Source of the DNA: Cyanobacteria bacterium P01_F01_bin.150
GTDB lineage: Bacteria > Cyanobacteriota > Cyanobacteriia > CAKZMO01
Direction: 5' to 3'
Assembly: GCA_039189765.1 (NCBI GenBank)
Contig: JBCCYL010000007.1
Span: forward strand, 64,001 to 128,000
DNA: 64,000 bases
This document shows, in pieces, positions 20,800-31,502 of the stretch. Numbering within the stretch: the stretch's first letter is position 1; the number at the start of each line of letters is the position of its first letter. A program made the position numbers and the translations under genes. The notes beneath the pieces were generated by a model. That model made no database searches, was not told the DNA's origin, and saw only the letters and a list, made by a program, of their open reading frames with translations.

Positions 20800-22935
20800 A
20801 TGGCTTTGCAAAATTCTTTGACTGCGTTGATAATCAAGCGATACGTGTGGGCAACTCTATGGGCAATTCTGGGGGCCAGTTTTGGCTTCTCTATGGGAGG
20901 GTGGCCTTCAATTGCACAGGCTTTAGAGTTGGATATTGTGACTGAAGAAGGGGCACAGGTAGCCTCTAGTCATCCTTCAATCCATGCCTCATCTACTCTA
21001 TTGTTTGTACATCCAGCTATTGGTGATGATGAAAGTGGAGCAGGCACTCAGCGATCGCCTCTACGCTCCCTAACCCGTGCCTTAGATGTGGCAGAAGTTG
21101 GCACAATTATTATGCTTTCTCCAGGCATCTATAACGCTGATAATGGAGAACAGTTTCCAATTCAACTCAAGTCCGGTGTGATAGTCCAAGGAGACCCTAA
21201 TCATTTAGGTGAGGGAATTCTCATCCAGGGGGGCGGGCGATTTGTAAGTCCGGCGTTTGCAGGGCAAGATGTAGCACTATTAGGTGCTGATGACGCTGTA
21301 TTGAGGGGAGTGACCGTAACGAATCCCAATCATCGTGGCTATGGTCTTTGGATTGAATCCACCAGTCCCATCGTAGAACGCAATACTTTTAGTTATAGCG
21401 TCCACGATGGAGTATCCATTACAGGAGATAGCCAAGCCATGGTTCAGGGCAATCACTTTTATCGCAATGGTGCAAATGGAATCACTATTTATGGCACCAG
21501 CCAACCTGAAATTCAGGGTAACGTATTTGAAGATACTGGTTTTGGCATCAATATGGGCCAAAAGGCCGCTCCCTATTTAATGGATAATCGATTGTGGAAT
21601 AATCGATCTGGCATTGTAGTGCAAGGAGAATCTAGGCCAATATTGCGACGCAATGTGGTGGAGTTTAATGAACAAGATGGGTTAGTGGCGATCGCTGATT
21701 CTCGACCTGATCTTGGCTTGAGCGATGATCCAGGACAAAATCGCTTCAGCGACAATGGCCAAGCAGACATTAATGCTGAAGTCGCTGTGCATCCCATTAT
21801 TGCAGTTGGAAATACTCTTGACCTAAGCCGAGTATTGGGACAGGTGCAAACGACAATGCCACAAAATCGAATTGCCAGCTTTCCACGTTCATTGCAGCCC
21901 TCAACATTGACCACTGATTTGGAATTAGCTCCAGACCCATTCCCACATATACAATCAGAGCGAGCACTGCCAAAAGCAGATGCAGATGTAGATGCAGATG
22001 CATCTGCAGATGTAGAAATATCGCTTGAAATAGAGTCAGGAGGATCGCTGGATACCCAGCATCTAGATGCATTGATAGATATAATGCAGGACGGGCGACC
22101 AGAAGTGCCAGTAATGTCGTCATTGACGGATGTAGATGTGCCAATATTGCCTAGAGCCAGTTCTTCTAGGGAAGAAAATGTTGCTCCGGAAATTACTATT
22201 GCTGCACCCACTGTGGATAAGCTGCCAGAGTCACCATTGGAGCCAACACAAGAACTAACGGTAATAGGGTCTGATTTGGCAGGGGTTGACCAGGATGTAA
22301 CCCCAACCATCAATAGTGACCTGGAGGAGGGGGGCGTTGAGATTCCAATTATTTTTCCTGGAGAAAATCGATCTAATCCTTTACTAAACCTTTTATCGTT
22401 ATCGAGCCTTGAATCAACTAATAACAATGTTACATCCCAAGAAGCAAGCGCCATCAATAGAGCCGCTCCCGAGACTTTTCTTGAGGACTTTGAGCGAAAA
22501 GATACAGCTCCTGACTTGTTACCATCTGTGGCGATACCTGCAACATCCGCCCCATTTCCTTCTAATCCTGCTAGTCCTTCAATTCCAGACAATCTTTTGC
22601 CTGTACCTGGAATATTAGTGCCAGAAGGGCATTTAGGGAACCTGTCAACGTTGCCTGTGCAATCGACTGCGTTGAATACTGCACTTCTAGCCGCTACTCC
22701 ATTTAATCCTACATCTACTCGCACTAATGAGCTGCGGTATCGTGTATTGGTGGAAGTTGATAGTCACGACGCAAGGGTTCTAGTTAACTCTATCGCTCCT
22801 GACGCATTCTTTACCCAGGTGCGAGGACGCTCAATGATGCAGATTGGAGCTTATCATCAGTTTAATAATGCCAATGACATTGCGTATCAGCTAGTTGAAC
22901 AGGGGTTACAGGTTGAGGTACAGAGAATCGACTGA
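20800..22935 (+). CDS. DUF1565 / right-handed beta-helix secreted protein with C-terminal SPOR-like domain
   Basis: Signal peptide; LFVHPAIGDD...SPLRSLTRAL...PGIYNADNGEQFPI; parallel beta-helix repeats; acidic linker; C-terminal YRVLV...PDAF...MQIGAY...NA. Confidence 0.8.
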   Translation: MALQNSLTALIIKRYVWATLWAILGASFGFSMGGWPSIAQALELDIVTEEGAQVASSHPSIHASSTLLFVHPAIGDDESGAGTQRSPLRSLTRALDVAEVGTIIMLSPGIYNADNGEQFPIQLKSGVIVQGDPNHLGEGILIQGGGRFVSPAFAGQDVALLGADDAVLRGVTVTNPNHRGYGLWIESTSPIVERNTFSYSVHDGVSITGDSQAMVQGNHFYRNGANGITIYGTSQPEIQGNVFEDTGFGINMGQKAAPYLMDNRLWNNRSGIVVQGESRPILRRNVVEFNEQDGLVAIADSRPDLGLSDDPGQNRFSDNGQADINAEVAVHPIIAVGNTLDLSRVLGQVQTTMPQNRIASFPRSLQPSTLTTDLELAPDPFPHIQSERALPKADADVDADASADVEISLEIESGGSLDTQHLDALIDIMQDGRPEVPVMSSLTDVDVPILPRASSSREENVAPEITIAAPTVDKLPESPLEPTQELTVIGSDLAGVDQDVTPTINSDLEEGGVEIPIIFPGENRSNPLLNLLSLSSLESTNNNVTSQEASAINRAAPETFLEDFERKDTAPDLLPSVAIPATSAPFPSNPASPSIPDNLLPVPGILVPEGHLGNLSTLPVQSTALNTALLAATPFNPTSTRTNELRYRVLVEVDSHDARVLVNSIAPDAFFTQVRGRSMMQIGAYHQFNNANDIAYQLVEQGLQVEVQRID

Positions 22936-23032
22936 TCTCTACTACAGTTGAGCAACCACACTGTCTAGTGAACATGTGAATCAGCAGGCGTCGTAGCCCA
23001 TCATAAAGACATCTGTCAGACAATATACCAAA

Positions 23033-23067
23033 TGTGTGGTAATGAGCGTCTTGCCTGTTACCACACA
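23033..23067. terminator. Hairpin between convergent genes
   Basis: TGTGTGGTAA / TTACCACACA, 10-bp stem. Confidence 0.5.
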
Positions 23068-23128
23068 CTTGAGGTATCCAACTTTTATTATTGACAGTTC
23101 CCTTCCCTAAGCTGTATTGCTTAGACCC

Positions 23129-23905
23129 CTAAAAACATGTGGGTTGATGTCGGATAAGGTTTAGGAACTCTTCACGGGTCTTTTGATCCTCTTGGAAAGA
23201 ACCCATCATGGAACTAGTAACAGTCCAAGAGCCAGGTTTTTGAACCCCACGCATTACCATACACATGTGTGATGCTTCCATTACTACAGCAACGCCTTGG
23301 GGTTGTAACACTTGTTGCAGGGCTTCAGCTACCTGACGCGTCAGGCGCTCTTGTACCTGAAGACGACGGGAGTACATTTCTACGATGCGGGCAAGCTTAC
23401 TCAATCCAACAACTTTCTGATTAGGAATGTAGGCTACGTGGGCTCGCCCCATAAAGGGCAGCATATGGTGCTCACACAAGCTAAAGAAGTTGATATCTCG
23501 GACTAAGACCATTTCGTTATGACCTTCGTCGAAAATCGCACCATTGATTAGCTCTTCCAGTGATTGATTATATCCACTGGTCAAGAAACGCATCGCTTCT
23601 GCAACGCGCTTAGGAGTTTTCAACAACCCTTCTCGCTCAGGATCTTCTCCAACACCCACAAGTAACTCATGAACCGCCCCCATCATCCGTTCCTTGGTCT
23701 CATCGGAGGGGTGGCCTGGATTAACTTCACGACCATTGGCCGTATTACGATCAGGACGCGATACCACTTGGCTGAGCGAGTCATTGGATTCAAGCCTAAT
23801 AGAGCTTGTATTTAGCACTATATTTGAACCATTAGAAGAACCATTCGGTAATTTTGGGGAGGAACCGTTAGAAGGAATAGTCATAGTAAGTGTCGTGTGA
23901 TACAT
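23129..23905 (-). CDS. folE: GTP cyclohydrolase I
   Basis: [42 protein letters not shown] and HMCMVMRG motifs; the start may be ATG at 23884. Confidence 0.97.
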   Translation of the reverse strand: MYHTTLTMTIPSNGSSPKLPNGSSNGSNIVLNTSSIRLESNDSLSQVVSRPDRNTANGREVNPGHPSDETKERMMGAVHELLVGVGEDPEREGLLKTPKRVAEAMRFLTSGYNQSLEELINGAIFDEGHNEMVLVRDINFFSLCEHHMLPFMGRAHVAYIPNQKVVGLSKLARIVEMYSRRLQVQERLTRQVAEALQQVLQPQGVAVVMEASHMCMVMRGVQKPGSWTVTSSMMGSFQEDQKTREEFLNLIRHQPTCF

Positions 23906-24091
23906 TTAATAAACAAAGAGACTCGAAATGAACCCCCGTAAAACCATTGAGCTATTTACCCGATGGCACATAGCATCCGTGCTACTCGCACTAGTTTTCA
24001 GCAGCCATGGAAATTCCATGCTGTACTCAGACATGCATTTGCAAATCAACAATTTCGCTCTCTAAGGCAGATGATACGTAGCATATTGGTA

Positions 24092-24817
24092 TTACAATGC
24101 CCCTGCACTGGGCATAATAGTGATATCTTCGATAACGGCATAGGATGGTAAAGAAACAGCATGTAAAATAGTTTGTGCAACTGTTTCTGGCGATAGCATC
24201 CCGGAGCGATCAAAGTCTGATTGAACAGTTTCTGTGTCCCAAATAGGAGTATTGACGGCTCCCGGACACACGATTACGGAACGAATACCATTACCCCGCT
24301 CCTCTACGGTGATGGTTTTGGACAAGGCAATAAGGCCCGCCTTACTAACGCTGTAGGCTCCCCAGCCTGGAAATGATTGACGACCTGCAATAGACGCAAC
24401 ATTGACAATCAATCCTTGATTCAGTTCTCGCATGGAGGGAATCACAGCCTGTAGCACTTGAAAAACGCTGGTTAAGTTTAGCTCCAACACTCGCTGCCAA
24501 TCTGATAATGGCGTGTCCATTAATTCCCCTGTATACCCCATACCTGCGCTGTTAATCAGAAGATCAACCGGACCACAGTCATTAACAATGCCATGAATTG
24601 CCGATTTCACCTGTTCTACTTTATCAAGATCAATACAGTAAAAGCGAGCATCAACGCCAATCGCACGGGTCGCCTCAACAACAGCAACTAGCCTTTCCTT
24701 CGAACGTCCAACTAGTGCAAGTGGAATATTAGCCTTTGCTAGGGCCAGAGCAGTGGCCTTGCCAATGCCACTACTTGCTCCCGTGATTAAAGCGCGACGA
24801 TAAGTCGAATCGAGCAT
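24092..24817 (-). CDS. SDR-family oxidoreductase
   Basis: TGASSGIG, NSAG and YSVSK motifs; start placed at the MLDSTYRR ATG (24817), in frame with track ORF 24092-24907. Confidence 0.9.
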   Translation of the reverse strand: MLDSTYRRALITGASSGIGKATALALAKANIPLALVGRSKERLVAVVEATRAIGVDARFYCIDLDKVEQVKSAIHGIVNDCGPVDLLINSAGMGYTGELMDTPLSDWQRVLELNLTSVFQVLQAVIPSMRELNQGLIVNVASIAGRQSFPGWGAYSVSKAGLIALSKTITVEERGNGIRSVIVCPGAVNTPIWDTETVQSDFDRSGMLSPETVAQTILHAVSLPSYAVIEDITIMPSAGAL

Positions 24818-25119
24818 GAAGATAGTTAGAAAGATGTTTAGATTAGAGAGACTGTAGCAAGCACAACATGTAAACACGCCAACAGGAGCGGACAATAACT
24901 GGTACACTCAGTCAATGAAACAGTCAGCAAACGCTACGTAAACCAATATTCAGTCTTATACCCTACAGCCAACAAGTCCTTAAATAGTTTAGGCAATGTA
25001 AACATTTATGTCAAAGAATTATAGCACTATAAGATAATCCTTTTTTTGACTCAATAGAATTATCATTAATTCTCACCTTTGTCCAAGTGGATCTTGAGCA
25101 CTGTAATTGACTGCTCAAG

Positions 25120-26103
25120 CTAAGCTACAGCCTCAGTGAATCGACCAATTTTACGAAACTTTTGGTAACGGTGATCTCTGCGCTGTTGTCCAGTCATCTG
25201 ATTCAAGTCAGATAGATTTTGAACAAGAGCCTCTTTGAGAGTTGCTGCGGCGTGGAGCGGATCAGAATGAGTTCCACCGATGGGTTCAGGAAGGATCTGA
25301 TCTAAGATATCTAGACTGAGTAAGTCTGTCGCAGTAATTCGCAGGGCTTCCGCAGCCTCTGCGGCTTTTCCTGCATCCTTCCATAGAATCGCTGCGCAAG
25401 CTTCCGGACTTGCCACAGTGTAAACAGAATGCTCAAACATCATCAGACGATCACCCACACCAATTCCTAATGCGCCCCCGGAGCCTCCTTCCCCAATGAC
25501 GGTGCAAATAATAGGAACATCCAAACGGAACATTTCCCGTAAGTTGTAGGCGATTGCCTCTCCCTGCCCAAACTGTTCGGCTTCCAGGCCAGCCCAAGCA
25601 CCGGGAGTATCAATGAGAGTAATGATAGGCATCCCAAATCGATTTGCATGGTTCATTAATCGCATGGCCTTGCGATAGCCCCCTGGAGAGGCCATGCCAA
25701 AGTTTCTCAACACGTTATCTTTGGTATCTCGGCCCTTCTGATGTCCCAGAACCATCACGGGTTGGCCATCTAAACGGGCGATACCGCCCACCAAAGCAGG
25801 ATCGTCAGTACCGCTTCCACGATCACCATGAAGCTCGATCCACTCGTCGCTGATTGCTTGAATATAATCAAGAGTACTGGGACGACGGGGATGGCGAGCG
25901 ACTTGCAGGCGTTGGGCTGGAGTCAAGCTGCTGAAAATCTCTTGACGAAGTTGAGCTGCCCTTGCTTCCAACTGCTGAATTTGGTCCGAAACATCAACAT
26001 CATTTTCATCTGCTAGATCATGAATCTGAAGAATGCGTTTCTCCAGTTCAGCCAAGGGCTTTTCAAAATCTAGTAGGATTGGTTTTCGTTCCTTTGTGGC
26101 CAT
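25120..26103 (-). CDS. accA: Acetyl-CoA carboxylase carboxyltransferase alpha
   Basis: [30 protein letters not shown] and [10 protein letters not shown] motifs. Confidence 0.98.
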   Translation of the reverse strand: MATKERKPILLDFEKPLAELEKRILQIHDLADENDVDVSDQIQQLEARAAQLRQEIFSSLTPAQRLQVARHPRRPSTLDYIQAISDEWIELHGDRGSGTDDPALVGGIARLDGQPVMVLGHQKGRDTKDNVLRNFGMASPGGYRKAMRLMNHANRFGMPIITLIDTPGAWAGLEAEQFGQGEAIAYNLREMFRLDVPIICTVIGEGGSGGALGIGVGDRLMMFEHSVYTVASPEACAAILWKDAGKAAEAAEALRITATDLLSLDILDQILPEPIGGTHSDPLHAAATLKEALVQNLSDLNQMTGQQRRDHRYQKFRKIGRFTEAVA

Positions 26104-26242
26104 AGTTGGGTGGATTAGATAGCAACACGCTTAATTTGCCAGTACACAAAATACCTATGTAGCTGACCTGTGCAATTATGCCACATTGCCTATCCATTCG
26201 TCTGACGAAGAGACCCCTAAGAGCCTCTCTAGCTAAAAGTAG

Positions 26243-26336
26243 AGGGCAGAAGGCAGAAGAACCCACCCCTAGCCCCTCCCAGGAGGGGGACCGGAGTAGC
26301 TCAGCTCCCTAACTCCCTAACTCCACAACTCCCTAA
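26243..26336. repeat. Cluster of short repeats: GGCAGAA heptamers, a CCCCTCCCAGGAGGGG palindrome and CTCCCTAA octamers
   Basis: Directly visible; resembles cyanobacterial STRR-type repeats. Confidence 0.65.
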
Positions 26337-26704
26337 ACATCTAAATCTGGACGTAGATCCTTTGCTCCGCGTAGGTAGATGTGATGAACTGAAGGGTCTG
26401 ACTTTAAGGAATTTAGCGTTAACATGACTCGAATGCAATGCTTCAAGCTGCCTTGTACTGCCATATGCTGTACATCCAAAAGGGGAACTGTTTCCCAGTT
26501 GGGGCGCCTACGGGCAATGGCCGCTGGGAAAATCGCATCAATATCGCTGGTCACTGAAAATGTGACATTTACAATGGCGCTAGTGTCTAGCTGATTTCTA
26601 TCTTCCAGGATGTCCAGCAATTCTATAACGGCAGCCTCTATGGCTTCTACTGTATTTTCAGATACCGTGGTCGCACCTCGAATGGCCCGAACTATCCGTT
26701 CCAC
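26333..26704 (-). CDS. aroH: Chorismate mutase, AroH class
   Basis: VRAIRGATT, FPAAIAR, CIRVML and YLRGAKDLRPD motifs. Confidence 0.95.
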   Translation of the reverse strand: MERIVRAIRGATTVSENTVEAIEAAVIELLDILEDRNQLDTSAIVNVTFSVTSDIDAIFPAAIARRRPNWETVPLLDVQHMAVQGSLKHCIRVMLTLNSLKSDPSVHHIYLRGAKDLRPDLDV

Positions 26705-26968
26705 ACTATTTTCCTCCGCTCCCTAAAAATGACGGTACAACAGCATGTCTTACCCTGTCATTTTTAGATTGAATATTACCTATACAACTATAATTTATGG
26801 CTTAACTTTTAAATCCTTCAATAACACATCAGCAAGACGCAATGAGCCTGGCAGCACTGTACGGCTTACTTGCGTTGTTTTTTCATAATGCCGCAGCCAG
26901 TGCAGATATTGTATTTGAGCTAAATTATAGGCTAGGCATCAGAAAACATATTTTTCAGCAGTGCCCTA

Positions 26969-27787
26969 TCAAGGGCGATAGAGCCATAGAGGTAATCCAT
27001 TTGTTCTTAGTTCAAACTCCATCCAGTCTATCCCCGCAGATAGCTGAGTTCGCCCCTGATTATTGGGCAGCAGTCGACTTAACAGAGATTTGGGTTCTTC
27101 AAAGTTGTAGCATTCTGTTTTCTCGGGATCTAAGTCTGCCAGTTCTGCAGCCCAGCGGCGAGCGTCTTCTTCTGTCCCCAGACGATCTACTACCCCTAGA
27201 TTTAAGGCCTGGGCACCTGTGAAGATGCGACCATCGGCAAATTCTTTTACTGTTTCAACAGGCAATCCCCGACCCGTTGCTACTGTTTGGACAAATTGCT
27301 CATAGCTGCTATCTATGAGATCTTGTAAAATCCCTTCCTCTGCTGATGTTAGCTGTCGATCAAAGGACAGAATATCTTTGTAGGGACCAGATTTAATCAC
27401 TTTGAACGAAACCCCTACTTTCTCCAGCAGGCGCTCTAAATTGTTGCCCCTCAAAATCACGCCAATGCTTCCAGTGATGGTGCCAGGATTGGCCACAATG
27501 TGGGGTGCTCCCATGGCAATGTAGACTCCACCAGAAGCCGAAATATTGCCAAAACTAACGACGATTTTGACTTTTTCTTGTAAACGTTTTAATGCCTCGT
27601 AAATTTCTTGGGAATCACTTACTGTTCCACCGGGACTATCAATTCTCAGCAATAGAGCTGGGAATTTCTTGTCTTCTACTTCTTTCAGGGCGCCTAAGAC
27701 TCGCTTACGCGTTCCGCTGGCGATCGCTCCCGTCACTTCAATACGGGCAATCTTCTTTTTAAACCGTGGCTTGAAGGGCCAAATCAT
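26969..27787 (-). CDS. sppA: Signal peptide peptidase SppA (short form)
   Basis: RIDSPGG, SASGGVY, TGSIGV, KSGPYKD and ADGRIFTGAQA motifs. Confidence 0.95.
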   Translation of the reverse strand: MIWPFKPRFKKKIARIEVTGAIASGTRKRVLGALKEVEDKKFPALLLRIDSPGGTVSDSQEIYEALKRLQEKVKIVVSFGNISASGGVYIAMGAPHIVANPGTITGSIGVILRGNNLERLLEKVGVSFKVIKSGPYKDILSFDRQLTSAEEGILQDLIDSSYEQFVQTVATGRGLPVETVKEFADGRIFTGAQALNLGVVDRLGTEEDARRWAAELADLDPEKTECYNFEEPKSLLSRLLPNNQGRTQLSAGIDWMEFELRTNGLPLWLYRP

Positions 27788-28045
27788 ACTGCAACTCTAA
27801 CTCTAAAGACAAAATCTGACTTCCTTAGTGTGCCTCATTTATGCGGTTTCTGCTGATTCTGTGAAACTTTTGGATAGAATTGGTCAAGTTATATTGAGTT
27901 GGCTCAGCTTAGGTAGTAGGGCAAATCCTCTGAGCATGGTAATAGATCGTGACGATAACAAACGTGACTGTAGTTGTCCCAACTGACCTAAACTGAGCGG
28001 CTATGATACACCCTATGCAATGCAATAAAAGCAGATAAGGACCCT

Positions 28046-29038
28046 ATGGCAAAGTACGATGTTTATGGTCTGGGTAATGCCCTGGTCGATATTGAATGTG
28101 AGGTTGCTCCTGAGCTTCTTAGTGAGTTGGGCATCGAAAAAGGCGTGATGACCTTACTGGATGAGGAGAACCAGAACAAGATTTTAGGTCGTCTTGCTGG
28201 TACGTCCTTACGACAATCTTGTGGAGGATCAGCCGCCAATACCGTAATTGCGGTAAAACAGTTTGGCGGTAACGCTTTCTATTCCTGTAAGGTTGCGAAT
28301 GATGAGACAGGTCTGTTTTATGCCAAGGATTTAAAGGCCTGTGGTGTGGACACCAGTTTGGATACCCAGACTCCGGGTGCAGGTATCAGCGGTAAGTGCT
28401 TGGTGTTCGTTACCCCGGATGCCGATCGCACCATGAATACATTTTTGGGTATTTCTAGTGAGTTTTCTACCGCTGAATTAGTTCCTGAGGCGATCGCCGA
28501 TTCTCAATACACCTACATTGAAGGATATTTAGTCAGCGGCGAATCCAGCAAGCAAGCAGCGATTAAAGCACGAGAATTAGCCCATGCCGCCAACCAACGA
28601 GTCGCCTTTACGTTGTCCGATCCCAATATGGTGAAATTCTTTAAGGACGGCTTATTGGAGATTATTGGTCCCGGTGTAGACCTGCTATTTGCCAACGAGA
28701 GCGAAGCTCTGATGATGGCTGGTACCGAAAGTTTAGACGATGCGATCGCCTATCTCAAAACCCTCGCTAAACGGCTGGCTATTACCCTAGGACCCAAAGG
28801 CTCTGTTATCTTTGATGGCAACAACTTGCTTGAAATTGAACCTGTTCCCACCCAGGCCGTAGACACCGTTGGCGCTGGCGATATCTACGCTGGTTCCGTA
28901 TTATATGCAGTTACTCATGGTATGGGGTTCTTTGATGCAGGACGATTGGGCTCCCTGGCCGCATCTCGTTTGGTATCCACGATTGGCCCCCGCCTGTCCA
29001 CAGATCAGGTCAGTGATTTACTATGGGAAGTCTATTAA
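28046..29038 (+). CDS. PfkB-family carbohydrate / adenosine kinase
   Basis: GNALVD, GGSAANT, RTMNTFLG, FANESE and DTVGAGD motifs. Confidence 0.92.
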   Translation: MAKYDVYGLGNALVDIECEVAPELLSELGIEKGVMTLLDEENQNKILGRLAGTSLRQSCGGSAANTVIAVKQFGGNAFYSCKVANDETGLFYAKDLKACGVDTSLDTQTPGAGISGKCLVFVTPDADRTMNTFLGISSEFSTAELVPEAIADSQYTYIEGYLVSGESSKQAAIKARELAHAANQRVAFTLSDPNMVKFFKDGLLEIIGPGVDLLFANESEALMMAGTESLDDAIAYLKTLAKRLAITLGPKGSVIFDGNNLLEIEPVPTQAVDTVGAGDIYAGSVLYAVTHGMGFFDAGRLGSLAASRLVSTIGPRLSTDQVSDLLWEVY

Positions 29039-29166
29039 TTCAATTAATTTACGAACTCTCAGAAATTTAGTTACAGGGCTATGAATGATGTAGATAACTG
29101 TTGCTAAATTAAAAGTCTTAGAGACTTCTACGGGCTTTCTGTAGCTTTATTCCTGAAGCCTACTCA

Positions 29167-30177
29167 TTACTCTTTGCTTTTGGGCCATATTCTTATTCCA
29201 AATAAGACAATGGCCCAAATGGCTAAAGCGGGCAGAATTAGTATCGTCAACGATGAATCAAGGGACTCTAAATCTTCAATTCGCTGTAGATCATTCCACA
29301 CTAGTTGCCCCAATGGGGTCAAATCATTCACATTAGCCCCGTCAAAGTAATGACCATGGCCTTCATCTTTTATTGTCAAATCATTTCTATCATTTGCGCT
29401 AAATACCCACACCATACGTCCGATTTCCCTTTGCTGTGCGGCGGTCATCATCTGTTGAGATGCGGCTAAAGTAGAATGAGTGTTATTTACAGCCCCGTAC
29501 TCTCCAACCATAATGGGGATATTACGCTCATGGAGCTGGTCAAAGTAGATGCCGATATCATTTTGATTCCACTGATCATACACATGAATGGAAAATAAAA
29601 TATTTTCATTTTCATCTATAAGTTCAAACCCGTGGTTTAGGATAGTTTGGCTGTAAAAATCCTGTCCCCATGCTTCCCCATCTATCACAATAATATTATT
29701 AGCGCCTTCCGCCCGAATAATATCAATCAATTCGCGATGATAGGCAATCCATTGCTGAGGATTAGCATTCTTTTTTCCCGGTTCATTATGTAAGTTAAAC
29801 CATACATAAGGATTATCTTTAAAGAGTATGGCCATTTCACGCCAATATTGCTTTAAGGTCTCAAATTCCTCTCCCTGATAATAACGACCTACACGATCGT
29901 GGGCATCGAAAATAACAACCGTTTTCTGGTGAGAATATCCTTGAGTAAACCTTTGAACAATTTGTTGGTTTGTTCTATACTCGTCTACCTCGGGATGAGG
30001 TTGGTCATAACTCCCTAAAAGAAAATTGGGAACACGAATGGCGTTAAATCCCCAGTCTATGACAATAGAATTAGCACTATCTGTGCCTTCCCACGCAAAC
30101 ATATTGGTCCCTTTGACAATAAACTCGTTGCCATCCGGGGCATAAATTTTGGTATCGATGACGCGAAACTGAGCCAT
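29167..30177 (-). CDS. Glycoside hydrolase family 5 (cellulase/mannanase-like) with C-terminal membrane anchor
   Basis: WGFNAIRVP, FNLHNEP (acid/base Glu), FSIHVY and VGEYG (nucleophile Glu); hydrophobic tail LTILILPALAIWAIVLFGIRIW. Confidence 0.85.
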   Translation of the reverse strand: MAQFRVIDTKIYAPDGNEFIVKGTNMFAWEGTDSANSIVIDWGFNAIRVPNFLLGSYDQPHPEVDEYRTNQQIVQRFTQGYSHQKTVVIFDAHDRVGRYYQGEEFETLKQYWREMAILFKDNPYVWFNLHNEPGKKNANPQQWIAYHRELIDIIRAEGANNIIVIDGEAWGQDFYSQTILNHGFELIDENENILFSIHVYDQWNQNDIGIYFDQLHERNIPIMVGEYGAVNNTHSTLAASQQMMTAAQQREIGRMVWVFSANDRNDLTIKDEGHGHYFDGANVNDLTPLGQLVWNDLQRIEDLESLDSSLTILILPALAIWAIVLFGIRIWPKSKE

Positions 30178-30447
30178 AAACTTAATGTCTAATCTGTTCT
30201 AACGGGCTTGTATTTTAAGGCAAGTTTCTGAAGCACGGAGCGCCTGAGAAACTCGTTCAGTTCTTCCCGACTTAAGTTTTAAGCCTTCTGACGATACCAT
30301 AAAGAAAAATGCCCTAGAACAAATTCAAGGTCGGCAACGAAAAGCCTCTAATCAAATCCAGTTAGGGTTTGCACAAGTTAGCTTGGTTTGCTCTATTAAA
30401 AAGTCAGTGTTTGAACAGACTTGCCCGTTATCATTTCGTCAGAACCC

Positions 30448-31035
30448 ATGGACACAAAACCTCAACTAAGTGATCGCGTAAAAGAACTCATTGGCAAAGC
30501 TAGAATTGTCAGCTTTGCAACGTGGACAGAAACCCATCCGTTAGACCTACTTCAACGTTTTCAGCATGCTGATGATGAGCGTCAATATTTAACGGATGAA
30601 GATTTAGACGCTATTCGTCAGTATGATCCACATATGACAGAGGTTTTGAAGGCTGTGGTAATGTTGCGCGATCGCGCCGCAGACATTATTGATGAGGCTC
30701 GGGCGGCAGTTTTGGTTCAATTTCCGACCATTCTGGACCCAGGTGGCGGTCTTTATCCTCCTATGCGAGCTGAAGCTTGCTGGCGTGATTTTTGGCAATT
30801 TTTACGCTGCATTACCTACGGTATTGCTGGACAGCATATAGATTACACAAGCGATCAAGGCTTACATTATATGAATATGCTCTATCAAGAACTTCAGGTT
30901 CCTCTAGATGCGATGGTAGTGGGTTTAGAGAACGTTAAGGTGGCATCATTGAAACGACTAGAATCACCATCTCAACAAAAGGATATTGCTCCTTATTTTG
31001 AGCATCTGCTTGGGCAATTGCGGCAGTTTCAGTAA
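30448..31035 (+). CDS. Orphan phycobiliprotein-like (allophycocyanin-like) protein
   Basis: ADDERQYL, FPTILDPGGGLYP and EACWRDFWQFLRCITYG (chromophore Cys position); ATG at 30448 is in frame with the track ORF from 30421. Confidence 0.85.
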   Translation: MDTKPQLSDRVKELIGKARIVSFATWTETHPLDLLQRFQHADDERQYLTDEDLDAIRQYDPHMTEVLKAVVMLRDRAADIIDEARAAVLVQFPTILDPGGGLYPPMRAEACWRDFWQFLRCITYGIAGQHIDYTSDQGLHYMNMLYQELQVPLDAMVVGLENVKVASLKRLESPSQQKDIAPYFEHLLGQLRQFQ

Positions 31036-31184
31036 TGGGTGACATGAAAATAGACGAGAAAGTGTTAAAAAGTATCTTTTTGTCGAACTGTTCCCACAAA
31101 ATCTTGGATATCAACGCTTAATGTGATTTGATTAGGTGCTTAAACATAACTTATTAGTCCTTTGATTTATGTTTTAACACAAAA

Positions 31185-31200
31185 AGTGATTAAGATCACA
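31185..31200. promoter_or_regulatory. CRP-family binding site (TGTGA-N6-TCACA, 9/10)
   Basis: AGTGA-TTAAGA-TCACA; -10-like CATACT at 31244-31249. Confidence 0.55.
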
Positions 31201-31253
31201 GTCGCAAATGATCCAGATCGTGTCACTTTCGGGATAATCTAGGCATACTGTAA

Positions 31254-31336
31254 ATGACTCAACTCTAGCCGAGTCATCAACAGGGAACACACGACTGGCC
31301 GACAACTCCTCTGCGCGGAGAGTGTCGGTTTTTTTT
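31254..31336 (+). ncRNA. Candidate ~80-nt small RNA
   Basis: Just downstream of CATACT; 5' hairpin ATGACTC/GAGTCAT, single-stranded linker, then terminator CCGACA...TGTCGG followed by T8; intergenic. Confidence 0.55.
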
Positions 31337-31502
31337 GCCTAAATGTCTGGTCATTGCTCAAGATAATTCCTTGTCCGAATCATGCAATATCGGTTATCTC
31401 ACCTATACTCCCGTAGAGCCTCTCGATAAGATAAGCCCATAGACACAAACAACCGTTTACTTCTAGAGACCAGCCTTTAGCCTACATGAGGGGGATTTCA
31501 AA

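Noticed and set aside
21573..22724. 383-aa minus-strand ORF
   Set aside because: It lies entirely antisense to the DUF1565 gene and has no recognisable motifs; a shadow ORF.
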